Origin: Bacteriovoracaceae bacterium
Lineage (GTDB): Bacteria > Bdellovibrionota > Bacteriovoracia > Bacteriovoracales > Bacteriovoracaceae
Length of the DNA stretch: 64,000 bases
Direction: 5' to 3'
Assembly: GCA_048270185.1 (NCBI GenBank)
Contig: JBLWTJ010000001.1
Span: 960,001 to 1,024,000, forward strand
The position numbers and the translations under genes were made by a program. Positions 50,138 to 58,856 of this stretch are shown here, piece by piece (position 1 is the first letter of the stretch; every line of letters begins with the position of its first letter). The notes beneath the pieces are model-generated. The model did no database searches, was not told the DNA's origin, and worked only from the letters and a program-made list of their open reading frames with translations.

Positions 50138-50947
50138 ATGTACTTTATTGGCGACGCAGGAATTGATGAGTATCTAAATTTAGAAAAGAATTATCTAGGT
50201 GGATGCTCTTTAAATGTAGCGGGCCACTATCGCCTATGTTCAAAGCTTGAAACTCATCTAATCTTTCCAACGATTACCAATAATCCTATTGAAAGTTATT
50301 GCGAGGAAATAGGAATCACCCACTACCCTCTATATCGAAATGGAGAGCTTCCTCGCCAAGAAATTGATATACAAGAAAGTGGCGAGAAAATCTTTGTACA
50401 ATATCACCCAGGAGTTATTGAAGGTTTTGTATTAGGTCATGAAGAAAAATTACTTTTAAAAAAGTGTGACACCATTGTGGCCCCTCTCTTTACTCAAATC
50501 CTTCCCTTCATTGATCAAGTCATTGAAGTTAGCGACTCAAAATTTATCTTCGACTTTCACGATGCTAGTGACTTCAATAAAGATATCAATGAAATTTCAA
50601 AATACTTAAAGCATGCAAGTATGGCCCAATTTGGCTTAACTCTTAAAGATGAAAACTTAAAAGCACAGCTTGTGAATAAGTCTATTGAACTTGGAATCGA
50701 ACTTCTTATCACGCAAGGTAGTGATGAGATTTACTATCTTGATGCCAAATCAAATACTGAAGTCAGATATACTCCAACTAAAATTGAAAAAGTATTTGAT
50801 AGCACAGGAGCCGGTGATTCTTTCCTTGGGGCATTTCTTTACTATAAGCAAGTCACAACAATCCACGATGCACTTGCCAAAGCAAGTACTTACGCAGCGC
50901 AAACTTTACAGTATTTCGGCCCTCTCCCTCATTTGTCGCATATATAA
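50138..50947 (+). CDS. PfkB-family carbohydrate kinase
   Basis: GGCSLNVA and DSTGAGDSFLG. Confidence 0.88.
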   Translation: MYFIGDAGIDEYLNLEKNYLGGCSLNVAGHYRLCSKLETHLIFPTITNNPIESYCEEIGITHYPLYRNGELPRQEIDIQESGEKIFVQYHPGVIEGFVLGHEEKLLLKKCDTIVAPLFTQILPFIDQVIEVSDSKFIFDFHDASDFNKDINEISKYLKHASMAQFGLTLKDENLKAQLVNKSIELGIELLITQGSDEIYYLDAKSNTEVRYTPTKIEKVFDSTGAGDSFLGAFLYYKQVTTIHDALAKASTYAAQTLQYFGPLPHLSHI

Positions 50948-51064
50948 CCAAAGCGTTAACAAACGTGCGCAACGCGTATTTAATTAACATAGTTAATATC
51001 CATATAATTTCTGTTTACATTTATTTACCCGAGAATACCCAGATCTCAAAGTTACGGAGAACTT

Positions 51065-52546
51065 ATGAATACAATTGAATTCCCAAATGAAACGATCCAC
51101 TGCCAAAACCTAATTGGTGGAAATTGGAAAACAGGAAGTGGTGCCAAGATCGATATCCACTCTCCTTATAATGGGAAGGTTGTCGGCGAAACACATAATG
51201 CGACATCACAAGAAATCGAAGAGGCCATCAACCTTGCTCATGAAGCATCAAAGAAATGGGGCCAAACACCTTTAAAAGAAAGAACTCAAGTTCTTTTTAA
51301 CTTCAGAAATATTCTTCTAAGAGATATCGATAAGATGTCTAATAGGGTTGCCCTTGAAAGTGGGAAAACTCTTGCCGAAGCAAAGGCCGGAATCCTTAAA
51401 GGAATTGAAGTCTTAGAATTTGCTGTTTCTATCCAAAACCTCGACCAAGGTGGAAAGATGGAAGTATCACGTGGTGTTTTTTGTGAGTACAGAAGAGAGC
51501 CACTTGGAGTTGTTGCTTCAATCACTCCTTTTAACTTCCCGGCAATGGTTCCAATGTGGACAATCCCAATCGCAATCGCTCTAGGAAATAGCTACGTTTG
51601 GAAGCCTAGTGAGAAAACTCCACTCACAGCGACTCTACTTGCCAATGCTCTAAAAGAAGCAGGTCTTCCAGATGGTGTAATGACAGTACTAAATGGTGAT
51701 TCAACAGTTGTTAATGCCATTATTGATAATGAAAAAGTTAAGGCAGTTGGATTTGTTGGTTCAAGTAAAGTTGCAAAACTAGTTTACCAAAGAGCAAGCC
51801 AGCACGGAAAACGTGCACTATGCCTTGGTGGAGCAAAGAACCACATCGTTCTACTACCAGACGCAACGCCTGAGATGGCAGGTGTAGGAATTGCTGATTC
51901 ATTTACTGGTTGTGCCGGTCAAAGATGTATGGCCGCTTCTGTTTTACTAGCTGTTGGTGAGACAACAAAGCAAATTGAAGCAATTAAAGAACGCGCCCTT
52001 GCCACAACTTGTGGAGATAAGATGGGTGCACTTATTACAAAAGAACAATATGACTTCTTAAATGGTGCAATTGATGATGCTGTTAAGAATGGTGCTACTT
52101 TACTTCTCGATGGCCGTGGTCAAAAAGCTAGTGATGCCAAATACGAAGGTGGCTACTGGCTAGGGCCAACGATACTCGACAATGTAAAACCTGATTCACA
52201 GGCTTCAAAGATTGAATTATTTGGGCCAGTACTAAGCATTATCCGCGCACAAAATATTTCAGAAGCAATGGAAATTGAAAACTCAAATGACTATGGAAAT
52301 GCTTGTTCTGTTTTTACAAATAACGGAGCAATGGCAGAGATCGTTGCAACAAAAGCAAAGGCCGGAATGGTTGGAATTAATATAGGAGTACCAGTTCCAA
52401 GAGAACCATTTAGTTTTGGTGGAATCAATGAATCAAAATTTGGATTCGGAGATATCACTGGAGCAAACTCTCTAAACTTCTGGAGTGATATTAAGAAAGT
52501 TACGACTAAGTGGACAATGCAAAACGATCACAACTGGATGAGCTAA
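51065..52546 (+). CDS. mmsA: CoA-acylating (methyl)malonate-semialdehyde dehydrogenase
   Basis: PFNFPAMVP.W, GGAKNH, AGQRCMA, ELFGP, GINIGVPVP. Confidence 0.9.
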   Translation: MNTIEFPNETIHCQNLIGGNWKTGSGAKIDIHSPYNGKVVGETHNATSQEIEEAINLAHEASKKWGQTPLKERTQVLFNFRNILLRDIDKMSNRVALESGKTLAEAKAGILKGIEVLEFAVSIQNLDQGGKMEVSRGVFCEYRREPLGVVASITPFNFPAMVPMWTIPIAIALGNSYVWKPSEKTPLTATLLANALKEAGLPDGVMTVLNGDSTVVNAIIDNEKVKAVGFVGSSKVAKLVYQRASQHGKRALCLGGAKNHIVLLPDATPEMAGVGIADSFTGCAGQRCMAASVLLAVGETTKQIEAIKERALATTCGDKMGALITKEQYDFLNGAIDDAVKNGATLLLDGRGQKASDAKYEGGYWLGPTILDNVKPDSQASKIELFGPVLSIIRAQNISEAMEIENSNDYGNACSVFTNNGAMAEIVATKAKAGMVGINIGVPVPREPFSFGGINESKFGFGDITGANSLNFWSDIKKVTTKWTMQNDHNWMS

Positions 52547-52550
52547 GAAA

Positions 52551-53834
52551 ATGAAGGAAACTAAGATGGATGCAAAAACATTGAAATTTGAAAGGTCGAG
52601 CCACGTCGTTCTGACTTCACATAGAAACCAAGTTTTTAAGAAATCTCTACCGATTCACTGGGGAGCAAAGAACCCAAAAGAGCGTGGACCAGTTATTGGA
52701 ACAATTACTGAACTTGAAAATAGAAATGCCATAGGAACACATAGCGGCTCTTACACTGTTTATCGTGCCCTATCGATTGCTCAAGGGAATTACCCTAAGG
52801 AGCACAGACCGGATCTAAACAATACTCAGGCAACAACTGAAATTGGACCTTTTGATTCATGGTTTGATCCTGATAAATTAGTTTCGATTGACCCATGGGG
52901 TGGACACGTTCAACAAGTTTTTAAAGACGAGTTAGGCGATGGATATAATATCAATCCAACAATTGCTGTGACACAGGCCCATCTTCAAATCCCAGAAATT
53001 TATGATGCCGTTGCCAAAGGACGTCTAAAGCCAGATGGAAAGATCGTTAAGAATAATGGAGATATTGCCATTACAAAAATTGCTTTTGAACCTGTGTGGT
53101 ATCTACCGGGTATTGCTAAGCGCCTTGGTATTGATGAAGGTGAATTAAGAAAGATTCTCTTTAATGAAACAGGGGGAATGTTTCCAGAACTAGTTACGCG
53201 CCCAGATTTAAAGGTTCTTCTTCCACCAATCGGCTCTTCAACGGCCTATGTATTTGGTGATCCAAAAGATCTGGCCAATCCTGATGTAAAATTATCTTGT
53301 CGTGTTCACGATGAGTGTAATGGTTCAGACGTTTTTGGTTCTGATATTTGTACATGCCGTCCATACCTAACTTATGGGATTGAGCACGCGGCAAAGACAG
53401 CGCAAGAAGGTGGAGTTGGTATTGTCGTCTACTTTAGAAAGGAAGGACGAGCTCTTGGTGAAGTAACAAAGTTCCTTGTTTATAACGCAAGAAAGAGACA
53501 AGAAGGTGGAGATTCAGCTGCGAATTACTTTAAGCGCACGGAATGTGTTGCTGGAGTTGAGGATGCGAGATTCCAGGAGTTAATGCCAGATGTACTACAC
53601 TACTTTGGTATCAAAAGAATTCACGAACTTCATTCAATGTCGAATATGAAATACAACGCAATTACAGGAAGTGGGATTGAAGTTATTAATCGTATCTCAA
53701 TTCCAGATGAGCTAATTCCAGCCGATGCTCAAGTTGAAATTGAAGCAAAGAAAGCTGCCGGTTACTTCACTGCAGGCGAAGTGAAGTCAAAGAATGACCT
53801 CGAAAAAGTACAAGGAAGAAAACTAGATGAGTAA
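52551..53834 (+). CDS. URC1-type GTP cyclohydrolase II-like uracil-catabolism protein
   Basis: Long N-terminal extension WGA..P.ERGPV, RNAIG.HSGSY; RVHDECNGSDVFGSDICTCRPYL. Confidence 0.9.
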   Translation: MKETKMDAKTLKFERSSHVVLTSHRNQVFKKSLPIHWGAKNPKERGPVIGTITELENRNAIGTHSGSYTVYRALSIAQGNYPKEHRPDLNNTQATTEIGPFDSWFDPDKLVSIDPWGGHVQQVFKDELGDGYNINPTIAVTQAHLQIPEIYDAVAKGRLKPDGKIVKNNGDIAITKIAFEPVWYLPGIAKRLGIDEGELRKILFNETGGMFPELVTRPDLKVLLPPIGSSTAYVFGDPKDLANPDVKLSCRVHDECNGSDVFGSDICTCRPYLTYGIEHAAKTAQEGGVGIVVYFRKEGRALGEVTKFLVYNARKRQEGGDSAANYFKRTECVAGVEDARFQELMPDVLHYFGIKRIHELHSMSNMKYNAITGSGIEVINRISIPDELIPADAQVEIEAKKAAGYFTAGEVKSKNDLEKVQGRKLDE

Positions 53835-55035
53835 TACGTCCAATAATATTGATTATATCAGAAGTCCAAAGGCCATCAGAGAAAAAACGATGATGCTTTA
53901 TAACCTTTCAAAAGAAGGGAAGACGAACTTCGAAATTCATGAAGAGAAACTTGATGAAGTTGCAAACTTTGTTTTAGAAACAATTAAGAATAACTACCCT
54001 AGTCTTGAAATCCCTTTTCACTCACGTTGGGGACACTTTAGAGTTGGTGGAATAAAAAGAGACGATGAAGTAGCAAAGAAGCTAGCAAATGCAGACGCTC
54101 TAGAGATTGCAAGAACAAAGCTTGATCTTGCCATCACTTCTGTCTTACTAGATGCAGGAGCAGGCCCAACCTGGAAGTACAATGAAGCGGGACAATTCTT
54201 TAATCGCTCAGAGGGACTAGGAGTTGCAAGCTTTCATATGTTTATGGCAGGTGCATTTTCAAATGATGGAAGCCTTGCTGCCCACGCAACAAAGCTTACA
54301 ACAATTACTGCAAGTGATATTGAAAAATACTTTCAAGTAACGCCAGAGAATCCTCTTATTGGAACTGAAGGTCGTGCCCTACTTCTTAAGTCTCTTGGAG
54401 AAACAATTGCCAAGAAACCGGAAGTTTTCAAAGATGGACGCCCAGGTAATATCGTCGATCACTTAATTGCCAAGCACGGTAAAAGCTTTAAGGCACAAGA
54501 TCTACTAAAAGCAGTTCTTGAGCATTTTGGGGATATTTGGCCATCACGAATTGAAATGGATGGAGTCAATCTTGGAGACGTTTGGTCTCACCCAGCATTA
54601 GGAGAGAAGAATTCATTTGACTCTCTTGTAGCATTTCACAAGCTATCTCAGTGGTTAACTTACTCACTAATTGAACCAATTATTGAAGCCGGAATAAATG
54701 TAACAGACGTAAGTGAAATGACAGGTCTTGCAGAATATCGCAATGGTGGCCTTTTAATTGATAAGGGATTGATCTCTCTTAGAGATAAATCACTTTATGA
54801 TATTGCTCATAGGCCGGATAGCGAGGTCATCATTGAATGGCGCGCTCTTACTGTAGTCTTTCTCGATAAATTAGCAGATATCGTTCGTGGACAACTAGGC
54901 TTTAGTGCAGAGGAATTCCCTCTAGCAAAAGTCCTTGAAGGTGGAACATGGTGGGCCGGAAGAATCGCGGCCAAGGAGAAACGTGAAGATAGCTCTCCTC
55001 CATTAAAGCTTGATAGTGATGGAACAGTTTTTTAA
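53827..55035 (+). CDS. URC4/Urg3 (DUF1688) protein
   Basis: IPFHSRW.HF, SVLLDAGAG..W, RSEGL, FHKLSQWLTYSL, TGLAEYRNGG, SDGTVF. Confidence 0.92.
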   Translation: MSNTSNNIDYIRSPKAIREKTMMLYNLSKEGKTNFEIHEEKLDEVANFVLETIKNNYPSLEIPFHSRWGHFRVGGIKRDDEVAKKLANADALEIARTKLDLAITSVLLDAGAGPTWKYNEAGQFFNRSEGLGVASFHMFMAGAFSNDGSLAAHATKLTTITASDIEKYFQVTPENPLIGTEGRALLLKSLGETIAKKPEVFKDGRPGNIVDHLIAKHGKSFKAQDLLKAVLEHFGDIWPSRIEMDGVNLGDVWSHPALGEKNSFDSLVAFHKLSQWLTYSLIEPIIEAGINVTDVSEMTGLAEYRNGGLLIDKGLISLRDKSLYDIAHRPDSEVIIEWRALTVVFLDKLADIVRGQLGFSAEEFPLAKVLEGGTWWAGRIAAKEKREDSSPPLKLDSDGTVF

Positions 55036-55050
55036 AAATTTGGAGAATAT

Positions 55051-55680
55051 ATGACAACACTTAACTTAATCAATCACCCGATTATCCAACATAAGCTAAC
55101 AAAGCTACGTGAAAAAGATACAAACTCAATTGGCTTTAGAGGCCTTATGAATGAGATCGGTAAATTTCTAGCCTACGAAGCCACTCGCAATATCACAACT
55201 GAAACTTATGATATCGAAACACCACTGATGAAGACACGTGGTATTCGTCCAACAACTTATCCAATGGTTGTCTCAATCATGAGAGCAGGAAATGGAATGC
55301 TTGACGGTGTTCTTGAAACCCTACCATATGCAAGTGCCGGACATATTGGAATTTATCGCGATAAGTTTATCCACAACACAGTTGAGTACTATTTCAAACT
55401 GCCAGAAGATGCCAAGGGACGTGATGTTCTCCTTCTTGATCCTATGCTTGCAACTGGAGATACAATGATTGCATCCATTGATCGCCTAAAGCAGTATGAA
55501 GTCGGAAAAATTACAGTTTTATCAGTTCTAGTTAGCCCTGAAGGAATTGAGAAGGTACACCACTTTCATCCTGATGTTGAAATCTTTGCTCTAAGCAAAG
55601 AGGAAGGCCTTAATGAGAAAGGCTACCTTCTTCCAGGTATGGGTGATGCCGGGGACCGACTATATAATACAACGCTTTAA
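55051..55680 (+). CDS. upp: uracil phosphoribosyltransferase
   Basis: SIMRAG, DPMLATG, PGMGDAGDRLY. Confidence 0.95.
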   Translation: MTTLNLINHPIIQHKLTKLREKDTNSIGFRGLMNEIGKFLAYEATRNITTETYDIETPLMKTRGIRPTTYPMVVSIMRAGNGMLDGVLETLPYASAGHIGIYRDKFIHNTVEYYFKLPEDAKGRDVLLLDPMLATGDTMIASIDRLKQYEVGKITVLSVLVSPEGIEKVHHFHPDVEIFALSKEEGLNEKGYLLPGMGDAGDRLYNTTL

Positions 55681-55707
55681 TATTTTAAATGAGATTGAGG
55701 GAGAGAG

Positions 55708-56319
55708 ATGAGCGAAGTCTATATCATAGGAATTGCAGGTGGAAGTGGGTCTGGAAAGACTACTTTTGCGACAAGGTTACGTGCACGCCTAGGAGAAGAA
55801 CATTCTGAAGTTCTTGGCCAAGACTCATACTATATCGATCAATCAAATAAATTTGACCATGATGGAGGGGCCGTCAACTTTGACCACCCTTCATCATTAG
55901 AATTCTCACTCATGGCCTCTCACCTACTTGAGCTTAAAAATGGCAAAAGTATCGACGTACCTATTTACGACTTTGCTACACATAAGAGATTACCAAAGGC
56001 CGACAAATTAGCTCCGAAAAGAATTATTTTTGTTGATGGAATCCTTATCTTCTCTCAACCAGAGGTCGTTAATTGTCTCGATCATAAAATCTTTATCGAT
56101 TGTGAAGAAGAACTTCGCTACACGAGACGACTTGATCGTGATGTCAAAGAACGTGGACGTACTCCAGAAGGTGTTAGAGCTCAATTTCAGGCCCAAGTTA
56201 AGCCAATGCATGATGAATTTGTTGAGCCATCAAAATCCGTTGCTTGCGATATTGTCTGTGTTCATAATTTTGATGAAAAGCTTGATTTGTGGACCGAAAA
56301 GATAAAGAACCTCATTTAG
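55708..56319 (+). CDS. udk: uridine kinase
   Basis: GIAGGSGSGKTT, QDSYY, NFDHP, RRL.RD..ERGR, MH.EFVEPSK. Confidence 0.95.
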   Translation: MSEVYIIGIAGGSGSGKTTFATRLRARLGEEHSEVLGQDSYYIDQSNKFDHDGGAVNFDHPSSLEFSLMASHLLELKNGKSIDVPIYDFATHKRLPKADKLAPKRIIFVDGILIFSQPEVVNCLDHKIFIDCEEELRYTRRLDRDVKERGRTPEGVRAQFQAQVKPMHDEFVEPSKSVACDIVCVHNFDEKLDLWTEKIKNLI

Positions 56320-56329
56320 CATCCGATAA
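56303..56329 (+). promoter_or_regulatory. sigma28 (FliA)-type promoter
   Basis: TAAAG-N14-TCCGATAA, 26 nt before the catalase-like gene start. Confidence 0.65.
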
Positions 56330-56355
56330 GTTTTATAGAATTTCTCGGGGGATCT

Positions 56356-57450
56356 ATGAAACGTATCACGCTACTTGCGATTATTTTTTTTCTATTTAGC
56401 TGCCAATCAGAACAAGCTTCAAAACGCAGTGTTGCTTCAGTTAATGCACTTCAGCCACCTGTTGAACAAGGTGAAATCTGGGGAGAGAAAGAAGCACAGA
56501 ATATGGAGCGAGTTGCTGATATCTTTCGCGAAACACTTATTGAGTCAACAGGTAATGACAAGATCATGAAGCGTGATGCCCACCCAAAGCACCACGGTTG
56601 TGTCACTTCTGATCTAACAATCGATAATTCGAAGTTACCTGAAAGTCTAAGAGTTGGACTCTTTAGCGAAAATAGATCTTATAAGAGTATCATTCGTTTC
56701 TCCAATGGAGATCCTGACTTTAGGAAGAATGATATTGAAAGTGATGTTCGTGGTATGGCCCTTAAAATTATTAATCCAACCTATCAGAATTATCTCCAAG
56801 AAATTGGTTTTGATGGAAATGAAAATATCCACGATTTAGTCATGATGAATGCAGATAGCTTCTTTATTGCCAATCCTAAGGCTTATGAAAAATTTATGGA
56901 ATCAACTCGAGGACGTTTTGGAGTCCTTGGCTACCTGGCCCTACACTGGGGAACTCTAAAAAAGATTCTTGGAGCACGCGTAAAGGTCTCAAACCCTCTT
57001 GATATAGACTACGCTTCAGCAACACCATATAAGCTAGCTAATACAAGTATGAAATTTGGTTTTAAGTCTTGTCGTAAGAATAAAGATACAATCCCTGAAT
57101 CTCCAAGTGCGAACTACCTGGGAGAAAGGTTAATGAGTACACTTGCAAGAGAAGAAGGATGTTTTGAATTCTATGTCCAGCCAAATATGGATCCAAAGAA
57201 GAATCAAATTGAGAATGCTATGAAGTCATGGGATGAGAAGAAGTCACCTAAAATCACAGTCGGAAAGCTTATTGTTAACAAGCAAACCGGATTTCGTTCA
57301 CCAGCGAGAATGGAAGCATGTGAGAATATGACATTTAATCCATGGCGAGCACCAAAAGAGAATCGACCTCTAGGTGGAGTTAATCGTATAAGATTAGAGG
57401 TCTACCTCAATCAATCAAAATTAAGACACGATTATAACGGTGTTAGATAA
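56356..57450 (+). CDS. short catalase-related heme lipoprotein
   Basis: Lipobox LFSC; distal His RDAHPKHHGC; RFSNG; DVRGMALK; proximal RPLGGVNRIRLEVY. Confidence 0.85.
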   Translation: MKRITLLAIIFFLFSCQSEQASKRSVASVNALQPPVEQGEIWGEKEAQNMERVADIFRETLIESTGNDKIMKRDAHPKHHGCVTSDLTIDNSKLPESLRVGLFSENRSYKSIIRFSNGDPDFRKNDIESDVRGMALKIINPTYQNYLQEIGFDGNENIHDLVMMNADSFFIANPKAYEKFMESTRGRFGVLGYLALHWGTLKKILGARVKVSNPLDIDYASATPYKLANTSMKFGFKSCRKNKDTIPESPSANYLGERLMSTLAREEGCFEFYVQPNMDPKKNQIENAMKSWDEKKSPKITVGKLIVNKQTGFRSPARMEACENMTFNPWRAPKENRPLGGVNRIRLEVYLNQSKLRHDYNGVR

Positions 57451-57454
57451 GAAG

Positions 57455-57482
57455 AAGGCCCTGAAAACAGGGCCTTTTATTT
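57455..57482. terminator. terminator between convergent genes (AAGGCCCTG family)
   Basis: AAGGCCCTG-aaaa-CAGGGCCTT followed by TTATTT. Confidence 0.8.
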
Positions 57483-57488
57483 GAGAAA

Positions 57489-58856
57489 TTATTGTGCAAG
57501 AATTGCTGAAAGGTGGGCAGCATATGACCATGTTAGATCTGTTGCACCTTCCATATAACCGCTATGACGGTTCATTTGTTCTGACATATGCCCGTTTGTA
57601 CCGGCATGGTAATTTGCACGATTAAAGAATTCCTGTGCCTTAATTCTTAGGTTTTTAATGATTGCAACTTTAGTCGCCTCATTTGTTAAACCTTCAAGAC
57701 TACATTCTTTCTTCTTAAGCTCAAGTAGGTCACAGTAGAACTCAGTATTTGTGATATTGAAATCTTGCGCAAGAGCATGTGAAAGTTTCAGGTGAAATTC
57801 GGCCATTGCAAATGTTGCTAAGAACCATGCATGTCCTTCACTATCAGTCGTGTAACCATCGTAAGTATCTTCTGGATAGCGTCCAATAGCTGTTCCAAGT
57901 TGCTCACCTTCAATTGTGTTAATTCCATATAGATTTTTGAAAGTATTTTCAATTTTAGAAACAGTTCTTAGGACTCTGTCACTTTTAACATCATAGTAAC
58001 CATTATTATCTCCAGCGTGTAGAACACCCAGAACAACTGAAATATCAAGTTGAGACTTCCATACACCACGAGTTTGATAGATTGTTGATTGAATATAACC
58101 TTTGTCTTCAGACCAGAAGTTTTCAACAACAGCTTCAATCTTCTTTGCCTCTTCTTCATAGTATTGAGCTGCTCCACCATCTCCTAGACGTCTTGCAAGG
58201 TTTGCTCCTTGTAGAAGGGCCTGTCTTTGAGCAAGGATCGTTGAGAAGTGAAGTCCCATGACTTCTTCCCAGTAATCAAAACCTTGTTCATTCCAATGAC
58301 GAGCAGTGTATTCAAGATCTTGCTTAATAACAGAAAGTGCAGGAAGAGTTGGCGTGTAAAGAGTATTCACAACGTAATCCATCTTTCCTTCTTCAATAAG
58401 TGTATTAGCAAAATTGATTAGAGTTAGTGCTCTAAGCGCTGGACCGTCGTGTTGAGGACGACCCCAAGGCCCAGTGAAGACTGTTCCGTCAACATTGTAC
58501 TTTGGCTCACCAAGATTCCAAAAACCAGAAGCATTCTGGTTTGTTTGTACCCTTTCAACAAAGCGATAAAGTACACCATAAAGCTCTGCTTTCTTTTCCT
58601 GTGTTTCTTGTTTAGCAACATTTAGAACTGTATTCATTACAAGTGCTGCATCTCTTACCCAGTGGTAGAAATAATCAGGATTTGCTCGAGATGGTGAAGC
58701 AACAACTGTTCCCTTTACAGTATCAGCTGGTTCAATATTCTCTAAAAGGTATTGTAAACTATTTCCATAGTTGATCTTGTCTAAGATCTTTGTCGTACTT
58801 GCAAATGATGTACTTGCAAAAAGTGTAATCAGTAAAAAGCTCTTTAAGAATTTCAT
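57489..58856 (-). CDS. secreted GH15 glucoamylase
   Basis: YFYHWVRDAAL, GEPKYNVDG..FTGPWGRPQHDGPALRA, DYWEEV, GRYPED, SEQ...DLTWSY. Confidence 0.93.
   Translation of the reverse strand: MKFLKSFLLITLFASTSFASTTKILDKINYGNSLQYLLENIEPADTVKGTVVASPSRANPDYFYHWVRDAALVMNTVLNVAKQETQEKKAELYGVLYRFVERVQTNQNASGFWNLGEPKYNVDGTVFTGPWGRPQHDGPALRALTLINFANTLIEEGKMDYVVNTLYTPTLPALSVIKQDLEYTARHWNEQGFDYWEEVMGLHFSTILAQRQALLQGANLARRLGDGGAAQYYEEEAKKIEAVVENFWSEDKGYIQSTIYQTRGVWKSQLDISVVLGVLHAGDNNGYYDVKSDRVLRTVSKIENTFKNLYGINTIEGEQLGTAIGRYPEDTYDGYTTDSEGHAWFLATFAMAEFHLKLSHALAQDFNITNTEFYCDLLELKKKECSLEGLTNEATKVAIIKNLRIKAQEFFNRANYHAGTNGHMSEQMNRHSGYMEGATDLTWSYAAHLSAILAQ

Noticed and set aside
50950..50980. GC-rich imperfect palindrome (CGTGCGCAACG) upstream of mmsA as a LacI-type operator
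   Set aside because: Single imperfect site and no regulator nearby
52551..53834. Riboflavin biosynthesis ribA
   Set aside because: The long URC1-type N-terminal domain and URC4/upp neighbours indicate uracil catabolism
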